Shown: positions 38,248 to 54,376 of the stretch, piece after piece | Numbering within the stretch: position 1 is the first letter of the stretch | Layout: each line of letters starts with the position of its first letter | Program-made: the position numbers and the translations under genes | The notes under the pieces: model-generated | The model's input: the letters and a program-made list of their open reading frames with translations, nothing else | Told to the model about the DNA's origin: nothing | Database searches by the model: none | Assembly: GCF_006345805.1 (NCBI RefSeq) | Contig: NW_021833893.1 | Coordinates: forward strand, 336,001-400,000 | Length of the DNA: 64,000 nucleotides | Direction: 5' to 3' | Origin: Octopus sinensis | Taxonomy: Eukaryota

Positions 38248-39425
38248 TATATATATATATATATATATATATACTTTATTTTAAGCAGCAGAAAATTCAA
38301 CAAAATCTGTTGAGTTTCTCGTTGCCGTTCATCAGACAGTTTTTGCTAGAATGGAACCGATATATCAATTCAATCTAGACTCTTACAAACGCTACACCTT
38401 TAAAAAGAAATGGACTTGTTTGATTGGCCCTTTAGAAAAAACGGTCAATCTTCGAGCGATAAACAAAAAGGTCAAAAATATATGTATATATATATAAAAA
38501 CTTATAAAAATTATAAAATCCGAGGAAAAAACCTTACATTGAATAAAATACATATTGACGTTAATGAAGAAAGTATAAATTAATGCATAGAAATTAAACC
38601 TGTTATAAATATTACACTGCAATACATATTTATATTAAAATGTACATATATATATCAACATACACAGAAGGATGCGTGCAAACGCCATACATATACAGAC
38701 GTATGAATATAAATTTAAATATATACATAAATGCATGCGTACATATATTCACGCAAACCATCTCGCACGCAAGTTAAAAACATCTATGTAGCGATTCTCA
38801 TATACTGAGTAAGGTGGGGGGACGAAAGAAAGGAATAGAGAGAAAAAAGGAACGAAGGAGGGGTGGGGAAAAAAACGAAATAAGAAAAAATTATGTATAC
38901 AAGCTGTGTAACGGCATTATTGACATATATGGAGACAAGTATACAGATACACAAGTTCGAATGGATACATATACATACAGTCGTGTATATGTGTGCTTAA
39001 GCACAAACATACGTTCACTTACACATACACAGATACGCATGCTTACAAATACATATCCATGGCTATACACATACTTATATAAAAATTCGAATTTTTGACA
39101 ACATCACTTTTTTAAAAAAAAAACATTGCTTTTTTAAAAAAAAATGGGTGCACTAATAAAAATATATACGAAAGACATATAAAATAAAATATAACACCCT
39201 ATTTTGATCATTTATAAATAATCAAGGTAATCCTATACAATACAATAACATGAAATAAATAAAGCCGAAGGTTTCTGCTAATGTATATGCAGAAACATAA
39301 GACTTTGCTATACGGATTAAAATCCGTATAGTTTGAAACAAAAACAAAAACAAAATCCATCGTAGCGCTCAGAGTTCAAGAGTCAAAATCAAAATTTCAA
39401 AAATCAAAAATACAAAATATATACT

Positions 39426-41561
39426 CTATCCATATGGTATATTTATATTCGACATTTTAAATTTAGCCGCGTGCCTACATAAGTTCATTAGCTCACTTCT
39501 TTGATTCAAAGAATTATTGTCTTTGAATAAGATGTACATTTTCTCTAATAGGCAAAGTTTACACTTGAAATTATTTTTGTATGCTCCATGCCTGTATGGT
39601 GCCGCCCTGTCCAGAATGCTCCATGTCACGTTGAAAGGTGGGGCTTCCTTTTCTTTTAGTTCCCAGACATATTTTGCTAGGCTGGTCCTCTTCCTATTCT
39701 CTGGGTATTTAAATGAATTTTTATGAGAATAAAATCTTGTTTTAAATGAATTTTCTGAAGCCCCTGTGTATGTCTTGTATTCCGATGAGCCTTCCACTTG
39801 CACCTTGGCTCTATAAACTACTCCTTTCACTAGACATTTCCCTTCTAACGGACAGGAGCTTTCGTTTTTGAAATTGCATTTCTTAATGGGCTCGGCACCA
39901 TGTCTAATCTCAATTAGCTTCCTATTATGTTGGCTAATGTAAGAGGCGAAATTTCTGCAACAAGAATAGCTAACCTTCAGGGTTCTTCTATTAAATATCC
40001 TATAGAATTTATGACCCTGCTTAAAATACTTAGAGACTAATCTCAAAAATTGCTTACCTATATTAGTCCTTACGGCCAAATTGAAAGCCGGGTTGAACTA
40101 CAAAACTTTCCTGGTCCTAGTTCTTCGTGCAGCATTATTATCAGCATTAAGCTGGTTGCACTGGATCTTCTCAGAGAATCCACTATTCTTTAATGCGCTA
40201 TCGTAATAAGGTGCAGCATTATGGAATGCTGCCTCGTCCGAAGAAATTGAAGATATTCTTCTACCTACATTGCTGACTAAGTTCCTAAGGATAACCGGTG
40301 GATGGTTCGAATCTTTGCTAATATACGATAGCTTTTCATTGGGCTTAACGAAAGGTTTAAATCTATCCGACCTTACATTAAAATTTACGTCTAAAAAATC
40401 TACACTATTCAGGTTAGCATCTATCGTAACCAGTAAGCCCATCATTTGAAAGAAAGCTATAAGGTCCTTCCTAAGTCTATCTGATTCATGGCCGTTTAGA
40501 TTATGCATGGCTATAAGGCCGTCATCCCTATATAAACCTGCATCTATAAATGGGAATTCTATTTTTAGATTATGGAGAATAAAGGCTCCTATGAGCATAC
40601 ATAACTCAGCCCCGTCGTATGCCCCCATCGGTACATCGAAAAGAGAATCCTTAGTCTTCTTAATCCAGGTGGAATCCTCGAAAAAAAGAAGCGATTTCCT
40701 CGCATGCATAATAATATCAATTTCCGAGCTATCGATGTTGACATACTGCTTGGCGAAGTCCAATGCCCTTAGGAGCAACGTCCTAGATATTGACGGGTAA
40801 AAGTCAATAATGTCGAATTGCGTGAAACTACAATTATTCTTATAGCTAATACCTTTAAACCACTCTATGACTGACTTACTATTCTTCCAAATTCTCAAGT
40901 CTACTTCACTATCTAACTTAACTAAAATACGGTCTAAAATATTTTTGCTAATAATTCCTATCTCAGTTTTAGCCGGATTTATCAATCTACATTTGGGGTT
41001 TCTACTAAAATTGGCTTTATGGTCTTTCAGAGTAATAAAAGCTGGTCTTGGTGAAAGATATTCAATCCTATCGCTAATCTTAAGATCATTAGCTATTCCT
41101 CTTGCTTCTAAGTTCACCTCTTTGTATATATTCGTGTTGTCTTTTTTGTATGTGTCTGTGACACTATTCGAAATCAGGCGCTTATAAACGTCCTTATCAA
41201 GTGCATATAAGTTCCTTGTCTTATCAGAATTAACGAAGATCTTATTCGAGTCGTTAATCTCCTTAATTTTTTCTCTCATACTTCTCTGTAATTGGTTGGT
41301 ATATTTGCGGAATTTAATTTTCCTAATAAGCTCGAAAAGGTCTTTCTCGAAGGCTTCTAATTCCAGAATGGGTGGCGGGTTTCTGAGAGATTTAAATCCA
41401 TATTTGTTTCCTTCTATTTTCTGTTTATTATCAAAGAAGAAGGCTTTCCATCTCAATCTTCGAATAAACTCTTCCGTTTTCTCTATAAGACCTTTGAGAT
41501 ATTGTTTCCGTGCAGGGATAGGTATATTTTTCTGAGAAAAATCCAACGGGTAAAGTTCCAT
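39426..41561 (-). pseudogene. PLE RT-GIY-YIG polyprotein (~711 codons) with one in-frame TAG
   Basis: DKTRN, FDIIDFYPSI, VPMGAYDGAE, YRDD, FLDV; KVL*FNPAF (conserved W, TGG to TAG at 40098-40100) continues in frame to CPLEGKC, GVVY, YTG, CKLCLLE, CRH. Confidence 0.93.
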
Positions 41562-41732
41562 CTTTTTCAGCTGTTTGTTCTTCCTACTTGTGCAGAGTCG
41601 CTCAAACTTTTATAAGGAGCGGGTTACACCGGAGTAAACACATAAATGTGAAAGAAGGTGGAAAAAAGAGTACTCAAATACCAGTGGTAGAGTAATATGC
41701 TTTATTTTAAGCAGCAGAAAATTCAACAAAAT

Positions 41733-41770
41733 CTGTTACTCTGAGTTTCTCGTTGCCGTTCATCAGACAG
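41733..41770 (-). ncRNA. Minimal HHR in the 5' pLTR
   Basis: Minus strand: CTGT-CTGATGA-ACG-GCAA-CGA-GAAA-CTCAGAG-TA-ACAG; the copy at 38307-38339 has a 5 nt deletion in stem III. Confidence 0.75.
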
Positions 41771-42067
41771 TTTTTGCTAGAATGGAACCGATATATCAAT
41801 TCAATCTAGACTATTACAAACGCTACATCTTTAAAAAGAAATGGACTTGTTTGATTGGCCCTTTAGAAAAAGCGGTCAATCTTCGAGCGATAAACAAAAA
41901 GGTCAAAAATATATGTATATATATATAAAAACTTATAAAAATTATAAAATCCGAGGAAAAAAACTTACATTGAATAAAATACATATTGACGTTAATGAAG
42001 AAGGTATAAATTAATGCATAGAAATTAAACCTGTTATAAATATTACACTGCAATACATATTTATATT

Positions 42068-42103
<36 letters not shown>

Positions 42104-42476
42104 GTCCGATTATTTCTATGTCCCCGCGCATGATACAGCTTTTCTTACGGCTTAAGTCTGTATATATAATATATATATGCATATATACATACATATATGA
42201 ACATACTTACATCTATACGTATATATATATATGCATATGTGGGCACATGACGTCACGGATCATAACAACATAAAAGAAAACGAAAACATGAGATACAAAA
42301 TACGAATACATGGAATATGAACTTTTAATTTGCAACAACGAAAGGAGCAAATGGAAAACAGGACAAATAACATAACGAGCGACCCTTCATCAGTACTCGT
42401 TTTTTTTTTCTAATCCATATTTCGAGCAATTCAACGACAAGATACGCCTTTGATATAACAGTTGTTTCCGCAAAGC

Positions 42477-45660
<3,184 letters not shown>

Positions 45661-46619
45661 TTTGATGACATCGATTTTCTTTATGTACATCTCAAGCAAA
45701 CCAGTTATTCTATAAACCTTCAGTCTATCGAAATACAGAACAAAAATTCTTAAGTATCCAATGGAAGAATTTTTTCCATTTAGGTATATGACTTCTTACG
45801 GTAAAACATTTGAATATTTCTTCAGCATGTAGAGTATTGAAAGTAGGACTGTTAATGCAAAGCTATTGACATGCATGACATTTTTCAAAATTCTGTCTTT
45901 CTTGTGATCGACTGAGCAGCATAAAAGAATCTTTTGCATATATCTGTAAACTAATCAGCAGATACAAAGAATTTAATGTGTCTATACAGTTCACGGTGAG
46001 CGAAAATCGCTCAGAGGACGCAATTAAGTCGATCAAATCGGGTATAAATGAAGGATCTGAACGTTTAGAAATAGTCTTATTTTGATTCAGTGAGTGGGCA
46101 GAGCTATTGTGATGCGGAGGAGAAAAAATAGCTATTTGGAAAACATATGATATTGAATGAATAGAGTTGATTTATTGCTTCGGAGTTTTAAATCAAATCA
46201 ATCGAATTTCTTATTACGATCCACACAGAATCTTCAGATGGCAACTCTATTTCCTTGTGTGTTCGGGACGAATAATTCTGTTCCCGTCCTTTTGCATTGC
46301 AAAAGTATAGCTGCTACATTAAAAAAGTTCTATACCATGGAATTAAGATTAAGAAGTAACGATTTTAGAGTAAGAATCATTTCTCTTTTATTTCAAAATA
46401 CACACACTCGCACAAACATGCATGCATACACACACACGCGCACTCACACACACATATATACAACGGGATCATTTCAGTTTATGCCAACCAAATCCATTCA
46501 CAAAACTTTGGTCGGTTTGAAGCTATAGTAAAAACGTTCTCAAGGTGTCGCGCAGCGGAACTGATCCCGGGACACATGTATATGTATATACATACATATA
46601 CAACATACACACACACACT

Positions 46620-46657
<38 letters not shown>

Positions 46658-46680
46658 CATATATATATATATACACACAC

Positions 46681-47552
46681 AAATATTTTATGATTATAAA
46701 AATAATTAGGGTTCAGCTAATTGTTTCACCACATACAGAATTTAGAAATAGGAGTTAAAATTCCTTTTATACTACTATAAGAATCTCCATGACGGTAACT
46801 TACTTTTTAACGAAGGCAAAGTGAAAAACAATGAATCAACAATTATAATTATGTTTATAATTATAAAATATTTGTATATTATTACCTGTAAAGGTTATTT
46901 TAACGTACCGATCTACTTGGTGAAATTATTAATTAATTGATTAATTAATTAATTAATTTAATTAATAAATTTTACCCTTTTATTATTAATTCAAAATTAT
47001 AATTTACTCCATAATAGAATACTGCAGTTTTCTGTGGTACTGCTCGTAGCATACACGTGGGTATAGGGGTTATATAGTGTATTCACATTCGGCTCTGTAA
47101 ATTTTGGAAGTGTTGGTTGGATATCTATTACATGATGTCGCTCGATCGTGTGCATATTTAACTCTAGCACTTTCAAATTTTATAATTAAAAATTCTATAC
47201 CGAAGAGAGAAGTAAGTGAAATTTAAATCACTTTAATCTCGAAACGCGTATATAGTTAATCCTGGTCGTGTTGATTCATTGTTTTTTCTCTTTGCCTCCG
47301 TAAAAAAGTATGTTACCGTCATGGAGATTCTTATAGTAGTAGAAAAGGAAATTTTGACTCTTATTTCTGAATTGGTATGTGGTGAAGCAATTAGCTGAAC
47401 CCTAATTATAATTGTTCATAATTATAAAATATTTGTATAATTTTACCTATAAAGGTTATTTTAACGTACCGATCTACTTGGTGAAATTATTAATTAATTG
47501 ATTAATTAATTAATCAACTTAATTAATAAAAATTGTATCCATTTATTATATA
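46681..47552 (+). mobile_element. ORF-less HHR element with terminal redundancy (561 bp period) and 5' inversion
   Basis: Direct repeat 46842-46985 / 47404-47550; inverted repeat 46681-46841 / 47269-47434; HHR inside. Confidence 0.78.
47195..47255 (+). ncRNA. Type I hammerhead ribozyme
   Basis: CTATA-CCGAAGA-GAGA-(AAGTGA/TCACTT hairpin)-TCTC-GAAA-CGCG-TA-TATAG. Confidence 0.85.
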
Positions 47553-47580
47553 CATACATACATACATACATACATACACA

Positions 47581-47694
<114 letters not shown>

Positions 47695-47696
47695 TT

Positions 47697-48130
47697 GTTT
47701 TGCAAGATTTTTGATGTGAAATCGTGTGTTGAAACAGATAATGTATTTAGGAATGGTCATTTTGCCAGTTTAGCCAATAAATTACACAAAAAAAACAAAT
47801 TACACGAACGTACATAAACAGGAGATACAAATATTACACTAACTAAACATAGACGCACATAGAGATATACGCATGCGCAAATGAAGACACATACAATAGA
47901 AATACAAAATGGCTGACGGTTAGTAAGGAGAGACACACAAATAAGAAAGAAGAAAGCAATGGACCACTGATGCGCTCACAGGAGTGTGACGAAAGAACTC
48001 TGGCTGAAATAAGATTAAGATTAATGTAAAAAATAAATAACGCTGAAGCAAAGTAACAGCAAATATATAGTGCGTGTGTTTTTATCGGCTAAACTGGCAA
48101 AATGACCATTCCGAAATACAACAATATATA
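47697..48130 (+). mobile_element. pLTR of the 57910-58910 PLE family with a 5' inverted segment and a degenerate HHR (47964-48003)
   Basis: 47800-48130 aligns with 58560-58910; 47747-47790 is an inverted copy of 48075-48120. Confidence 0.75.
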
Positions 48131-48149
48131 TACATATTAGATCGGTAGC

Positions 48150-48315
48150 CACTACACACATTTTCTTCTCTCCTTGTTTCTTTCTGTGTTCTTCTGTGGA
48201 AGAGCGTAGGCTCGAAAGGTAAAATACTTTTTCTATTCCCGAGCGTTATGCTAATACATCTGTTTGTTTTGTACACCACCTGTCTTCGTCTTTTGTTTTT
48301 TTCATGAATTCTCCC

Positions 48316-48317
<2 letters not shown>
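48150..48317 (+). mobile_element. ~170 bp element with an HHR-like motif carrying a CUGUNGA core
   Basis: Second copy on the minus strand at 55586-55735; both adjoin microsatellites. Confidence 0.65.
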
Positions 48318-48366
<49 letters not shown>

Positions 48367-49276
48367 CGCGTTTAATATTTAATTTCAAGTATATGTGTTT
48401 ATGTGTCTGTGTGCGTTAAAGATATAAATTAGATGCAATTAACAACAACTATTTGAAGTTATATTTTGATTTAAAAAAACCTCTTACTACAGTTCGCATA
48501 CATTTAACATGCAGTTCGCCTGCATTTAACGGTGAAGAGGAGAAGAGAAGAATAGGGAAGGGTGGGAGAGAAAACCAGAAAGGATGAAGAACAAGAGAGG
48601 GAGAGAGATAGACAGAGAGGAGATAGTAGAGATATAAGAGTGCGCATCGTAATAATTAAGATAAAACTTACTTGGAAAAAGATGCGTGGCGTTCCCTTCG
48701 CTATTCTACTCCTCTGCTCTTTACCGTTCCTTCTCCCCTCTTCCAACTTGACTCTCGTCGCTGCCAATTTCCTTTCTAATGTCTCTTTTCATAAGCTCGT
48801 CTTCCTAGCGTTCATAATAATTTTTCAATCGTCTTGGCTTAACAGGCCTCGCCGTTTGTTTTTACTGTCTTGTTCTCACTGTCCTGTTTTGTTACAACTT
48901 TTACCCTCCGCAAAAAATCCCAAATTTTATTTAATTTGCTTTGCAGGAAGTACTGTTTCAACGAAGTCGCGTATTGTCCTTGCTTTCATACGCGGAGTGG
49001 ATGAAACAGGGACAACTGATGAAGGGGAATATTCCTTATGTTGTATGTCTCATTTCTCTGTTTGTCTTTTCGTTGTTAGAAAAAAGTTTTTGTTTTTATG
49101 TTATCATTCCTCATTGTCTTCAAGGTTTTTTTGATGTTCTGTACCTATATATGCATGTATATATACATATATATGTAGGTATGTACATATATGTATGCAT
49201 ATATGCATATATTTATATATAATTTATATTATATATATATATAAAGTGCGCGTGTGTGTATGAGTGTGTGTATATA

Positions 49277-50112
49277 CGTGGTCTGATCAATAAGTATCCG
49301 GACAGTTGCCATTGTAACGAAGCTGAAGCACGTAGAGTAAAGCCTCTTGACACTGATTGACATTGAACTCTTTTGTGCATGCGTACTAAGTTTAACATTC
49401 TAGCTCACTTCCTCTGTTCACAGTAGTGCTTGGAAGAAATCTGTGTAGCGTGTGATCGTAGCATTGGCCATGATAGAAAAAGTTGAGCAGAGAAAATGCA
49501 TCAAATTTTACCAAAAGCTTTGTGATACCTGCTTAGAGGCCTACGCAAAGTTTTCAAAATGTTTTCGTCTATCTCAACACAATGAAGGAGATATTGTGCT
49601 ACTGAAAGCCGAGTATGTTTTTGGTAAGCTGAAAGCGGTTTTAGCGTCTCATATCCAAATCTTCAGTGACAACGGACTGAACTGAACCGTAACTGATCCG
49701 CACATCCTTTGATAACTCATGGATGGTAATTCGACGATTTCCCCTTACAGCTGCACGCACATCGATGTTTTTCTCAGTTCTGCTGGTTGTGAGTCTCCTA
49801 GAAGGTTCGTGCAATATCGACATTCATTCAGCCATTTTGGAGGCGTCTGAACCACTTGTACACTTGTGTGCAGCTCATACACTCCTCCCCATACACTTTC
49901 TGCAACTTTGCGTAGGCGTCTGAGCAGGTATCGCCACAACTTTCTCTGTCATGGTCAACGCGAAGATCATAGGCTACACACTTTCCTTCCAAGCACTGCT
50001 GTAAATAGCAGAAGTGAGCTAGTTCAAGGTCAATATTTGCCAAGTGGCTCTACTCTGCGTGCTTTAGCTCCGTTACTATGGCAATAGTCGGATACTTATT
50101 GATCAAACCTCG
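49277..50112. mobile_element. Mariner derivative built from two inward-facing 5' ends
   Basis: TA-flanked TIRs CGTGGTCTGATCAATAAGTATCCG; transposase N-terminus on both strands (EQRKCIKF...EAYAK; DAYAKLQKVYGEECMSCTQVYKWFRR). Confidence 0.82.
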
Positions 50113-50127
50113 TATGTATGTGTATAA

Positions 50128-50191
<64 letters not shown>

Positions 50192-50261
50192 GGTGCTACA
50201 ACTGCTACAACTGCTGCTGCTGCTGTTGCTACTACTACTACTACTACTACTACTACTAATG

Positions 50262-50312
<51 letters not shown>

Positions 50313-50339
50313 TAATAAGAAGAAGAAGAAGAAGAAGAA

Positions 50340-51697
50340 GAAGCAAACCCACAAAATTATGGACCAATAACATGTCTTCCTACAATTTAAGGCGCACCTA
50401 TAAAAATTACAGACGAATAATTTGTCTCCCAACAATTTACAAAGCCTTTACTGCAATAATATCGCAGAGAATGAGCAAGCATCTGGAAAAAAACAACCTG
50501 TTTCCAGAAGAGCAGAAGGGATGATGCAAAGGCTCATGCGGCTGTAAAGATTAACTAATGATCAATAAAGCCATAACTGAAGACAGCCGCAGAAAGAAGA
50601 AGAGTCTAATTATAGCCTGGGTCGATTACCGAAAGTATTCCTCACACATGGATCCTAGAAACACTAGCCATGAACAACATAGCACCAATAATCATAAAAT
50701 ATATTACACATTCCATGAATATTTGAAGAAACTGAAACCACTGCTACAAAACAAGCAAAATGCATGAAGCAGACCGCAAAAAAGAACGGGCAGAAACAAA
50801 TTGTGGAGTGGTGGAACCAGAAGCCTCTGCATGGACAGTATATACTTCACAGTCGCAACGCTGGTGTAGATCAAGCAACGACCCATCAGTGGCTTAGAGG
50901 TTCAGGACTGAAAGCACAGACTGAAGTTTTCCTATTGGCGGCACAAGATCAAAATTTACTCAAAAAACTACCAGGCTAACGTTCTTGAAAATGATTCTGA
51001 CCATAAATGCAGAATCTGCGATGTATTTGACGAAACGATAGACCATCTCTTTTCGGGATGTCCTGTGCTGACACCAAACGAATACAAAAATTGCCTCGAT
51101 AGAGTAGGACAGCATTTACACTGCAAAATATGTAAACACTACAAAATCAACACTCCTGCTTACTAGTACGATCATCATCTTGAGCCAGTCGTTGAAGGTA
51201 AAAATGTCACTATCCTCTGGAATTTTCTAGTGAACACCGACAGAACGATCCTAGTAACTCGGCCAGACATAATTATTAAAGATAGGGAAGAAAATACTTG
51301 TAGACGAACAGATGCAAGTGTTCCCAATGATAAAAACATATCTGTCAAGGAATTTGACAAACTAAGTAAATAAAAGAATCTGGAAATTGAAATACAAAAG
51401 ATGTGGCATCATAAAGCGAGAACTAATTTTGTTGTTGTGGATGCCCTAGGTATGATGAAAAGGAATGTCTGAAACATCTAGATAAGATTCCAGGAGAACC
51501 ATGTCTCAAAGAAATCCAAAAAATTGTACTGACAAGTACTGCCCGCTTCTTTCGAAAAACACTATCCATTTAAACGTCTGTGTTGTATTACATGAAGATA
51601 TTTGGCTACTCCCCCCCCCAAGCTGTAACATCAATTATCCTTCACTCGCCCAAGGACACTGAGTGTATCTCGGCAAGTGACTGTGACAAATATGCAG
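50340..51697 (+). mobile_element. Internally deleted R4/Dong-like LINE, second subfamily, in (TAA)n
   Basis: NYRRIICLPTIYK, KPLHGQY, LKAQTEVFLLAAQDQ, RPDIII; (TAA)n flanks. Confidence 0.82.
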
Positions 51698-51708
51698 ATT
51701 ATATGTAA

Positions 51709-51758
<50 letters not shown>

Positions 51759-51763
51759 TGATG

Positions 51764-51796
<33 letters not shown>

Positions 51797-51819
51797 TAGT
51801 AATAATAATAATAATAATG

Positions 51820-51850
<31 letters not shown>

Positions 51851-51867
51851 TAATAATAATAATAATG

Positions 51868-51926
<59 letters not shown>

Positions 51927-51989
51927 TAAAATAATAATAATAATAATGGTAATAATAACAATGATAATGTACATTGTTTTGTCTTAGTA

Positions 51990-52456
51990 TAATAGATGGG
52001 CTACAACAAATATTCTACTCAATGCTACAGATCTGCTTGTCAGTTGCTTGACCATAACCAGTTGAGCATGCCCCTTAGTGGCTGACGAATTGTGCATCTC
52101 TGATCAAGTGGAGAAGTAGTGGGGGAGCATCATAGCCATGTGTTGAGAGGCATACTTTGGGGTTCGGATAATTCACCTGTAGAAACATGGGTGTTTTGTT
52201 CATCATCCTTAAACAACCCTTATTCAGGGACCTTTTGAGCGGGATGGTCTACTTGACCTGAAGAAAATTTTAACTGGGCCCCACCTGCAAGGTCAAGCAC
52301 TGTTTATCTTGATATGGGATCGCTATGTCGCGCACATATGGTTGTGATGCACGTGCCTGGTGTACCCTTTACTAGACGGGTAGTCATGATGTGTATGCTG
52401 GGCTTCGTATATTTTACTCCAATGTCACTTTGATGGCATGCACTGCTCTCTCATTC
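51990..52456 (+). repeat. Interspersed repeat ending in (AAT)n, probably a LINE 3' UTR or SINE
   Basis: GC-richer non-coding block bounded by (TAA)n tracts; family not identified. Confidence 0.4.
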
Positions 52457-52512
<56 letters not shown>

Positions 52513-52546
52513 TAACAATAACAATAATAATAATAATAACAACAAC

Positions 52547-52591
<45 letters not shown>

Positions 52592-52766
52592 TATGATAAT
52601 AATAATAATAATTTATATACACACATCATCACACACTTGGACAGAAACGAAAATATGGGTACAAATAATCTAAACGTAACATAACTAACTTAAATTGACG
52701 AAATTTATACAAATGCACACACACACACACACAGACACACATCTGTATGTATTCTTACCACCTAAG

Positions 52767-53850
52767 TAGAAATCATACCACCTAACAAATATAAAGAAGA
52801 AGAAGAAGAAGAAGAAGAAGAAGAAGAAGAAGAAGAAGAAGAAGAAGAAGAAGAAGAAGAAGAAGAAGAAGAAGAAGAAGATGAAGAAACAACAAAAGCT
52901 ATAAAACAAATGAAATCCAAACTAATACTAGAACAGCAACGAACCATGATAAAACGATGGCAAGAAAAACCCCTTCACGGTAAATACTGGACTAAACTAA
53001 ATGCAAAAGAAATAGACAAAGAAAAATTCCAGCAATGGTTGAGAAGCTCAGGATTCAAAGAGACAGAGGGATTTTTAATTGCAGAGACAGAGGGATTTTT
53101 AATTGCAGCACAAGACCAAAGCCTCCCCACCAGAAATTACCAAAAACATGTAATGAAAAGAAATATTACAAGTAACTGCAGAATATGTGGAGATGGACAA
53201 GAAACAATAAATCATATTATCTCTGGCTGCCCAGTCCTGGCTAAGAAGGAATATATTCACAGACATGACAGAGTTGGAACCTACATACACTGGAAGCTAT
53301 GCCAACATTATGGAATAACAACAGAAAAAAGATGGTATAGGCACACACCAGAAAAGGTCACAGAAAACGAGAAAGCAACCATACTCTGGGATATGCCGAT
53401 ACACACAGATAGAGAAATTAAGGCCAACAGACCAGATATAGTTGTCAGAGATCATGAAGAAAAAAAATGCTTTCTAATTGATGTATCAATACCGGCAGAT
53501 GACAACGTGCCTCTAAAAGAAATGGAGAAACTCTAAAAATACAAAGACCTGGAAATGGAGGTAACCAGGATGTGGAATCTAAAAACAGAAACAATTCGTA
53601 TCAGAGTAGGTGCATTAGGCATGATAAAAAAATATTCAGACAAATACATAACAAAAACACCAAGACTTACAAACACATATAACATACAGAAAATTGCACT
53701 ACTAGGCACTGCACACATCCTACGCAGAACACTTTCCATACAATAACCATCAGAGCATCACAACAAATCACAGCACATACCCAAGGCACACAGAGCTGCG
53801 CTCGGTAGTGAAGTGAAAGCACGCTATAAAAAATAAAACTACTGAATGAT
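52767..53850 (+). mobile_element. 5'-truncated R4/Dong-like LINE (same family as 33411-35115)
   Basis: Highly similar to 34133-35115; expanded (GAA)n; duplicated ETEGFLIA. Confidence 0.9.
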
Positions 53851-54157
53851 AATAATAAAAATTAATGAAGGGACCGGAGATATATTTGGCACTAGTCTTT
53901 ATCCAGTACGACAATCGTTTCGACTCATCTTGCAATTGTCCTTTATGGGTAGGATTTTGTGCATCTAATTGTGTTGCATCAATCTGTGCAATTTGTGTAA
54001 CATCAGGTTACACAATGAAGAGAATGTCCTACTAGTTATACTTATATGACCTATGTATGTTGTTCCAGCCTGCTCTATCTTGGCTATGACCGGCTACAGT
54101 TGTCCATAAATTTATATAACGTAAAGATTAAAGTGATAAAATATGAAGAATACATAC

Positions 54158-54194
<37 letters not shown>

Positions 54195-54341
54195 TGTGTG
54201 TGTATGTGTGTGCATTTGTATAAATTTCGTCAATTTCAGTTAGCTATGTAACATTTAGATTATTTGTACCCATATTTTTGCTTCTGTCCAAGTATGTGAT
54301 GATGTGTGTATATAAATATATAAATCTGTATGTATGAATAT

Positions 54342-54376
<35 letters not shown>

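Larger units (their letters stand above)
38274..42071 (-). mobile_element. Near-intact Penelope-like element (Naiad-like) with ~370 bp direct pLTRs
   Basis: Direct repeats 38274-38641 and 41699-42071 flank an RT + GIY-YIG ORF; inserted in (TA)n. Confidence 0.93.

Noticed and set aside
39426-41561. Selenocysteine recoding or programmed readthrough in the Naiad-like ORF
   Set aside because: The only in-frame stop is TAG at a conserved Trp position, not TGA at a Cys position; a simple nonsense mutation is more likely.
48850-49145. CTGATGA followed by a hairpin (also on the minus strand near 42385) as an HHR
   Set aside because: No correctly placed GAAA, stem III or stem I found; probably a related repeat family but not a demonstrable ribozyme.
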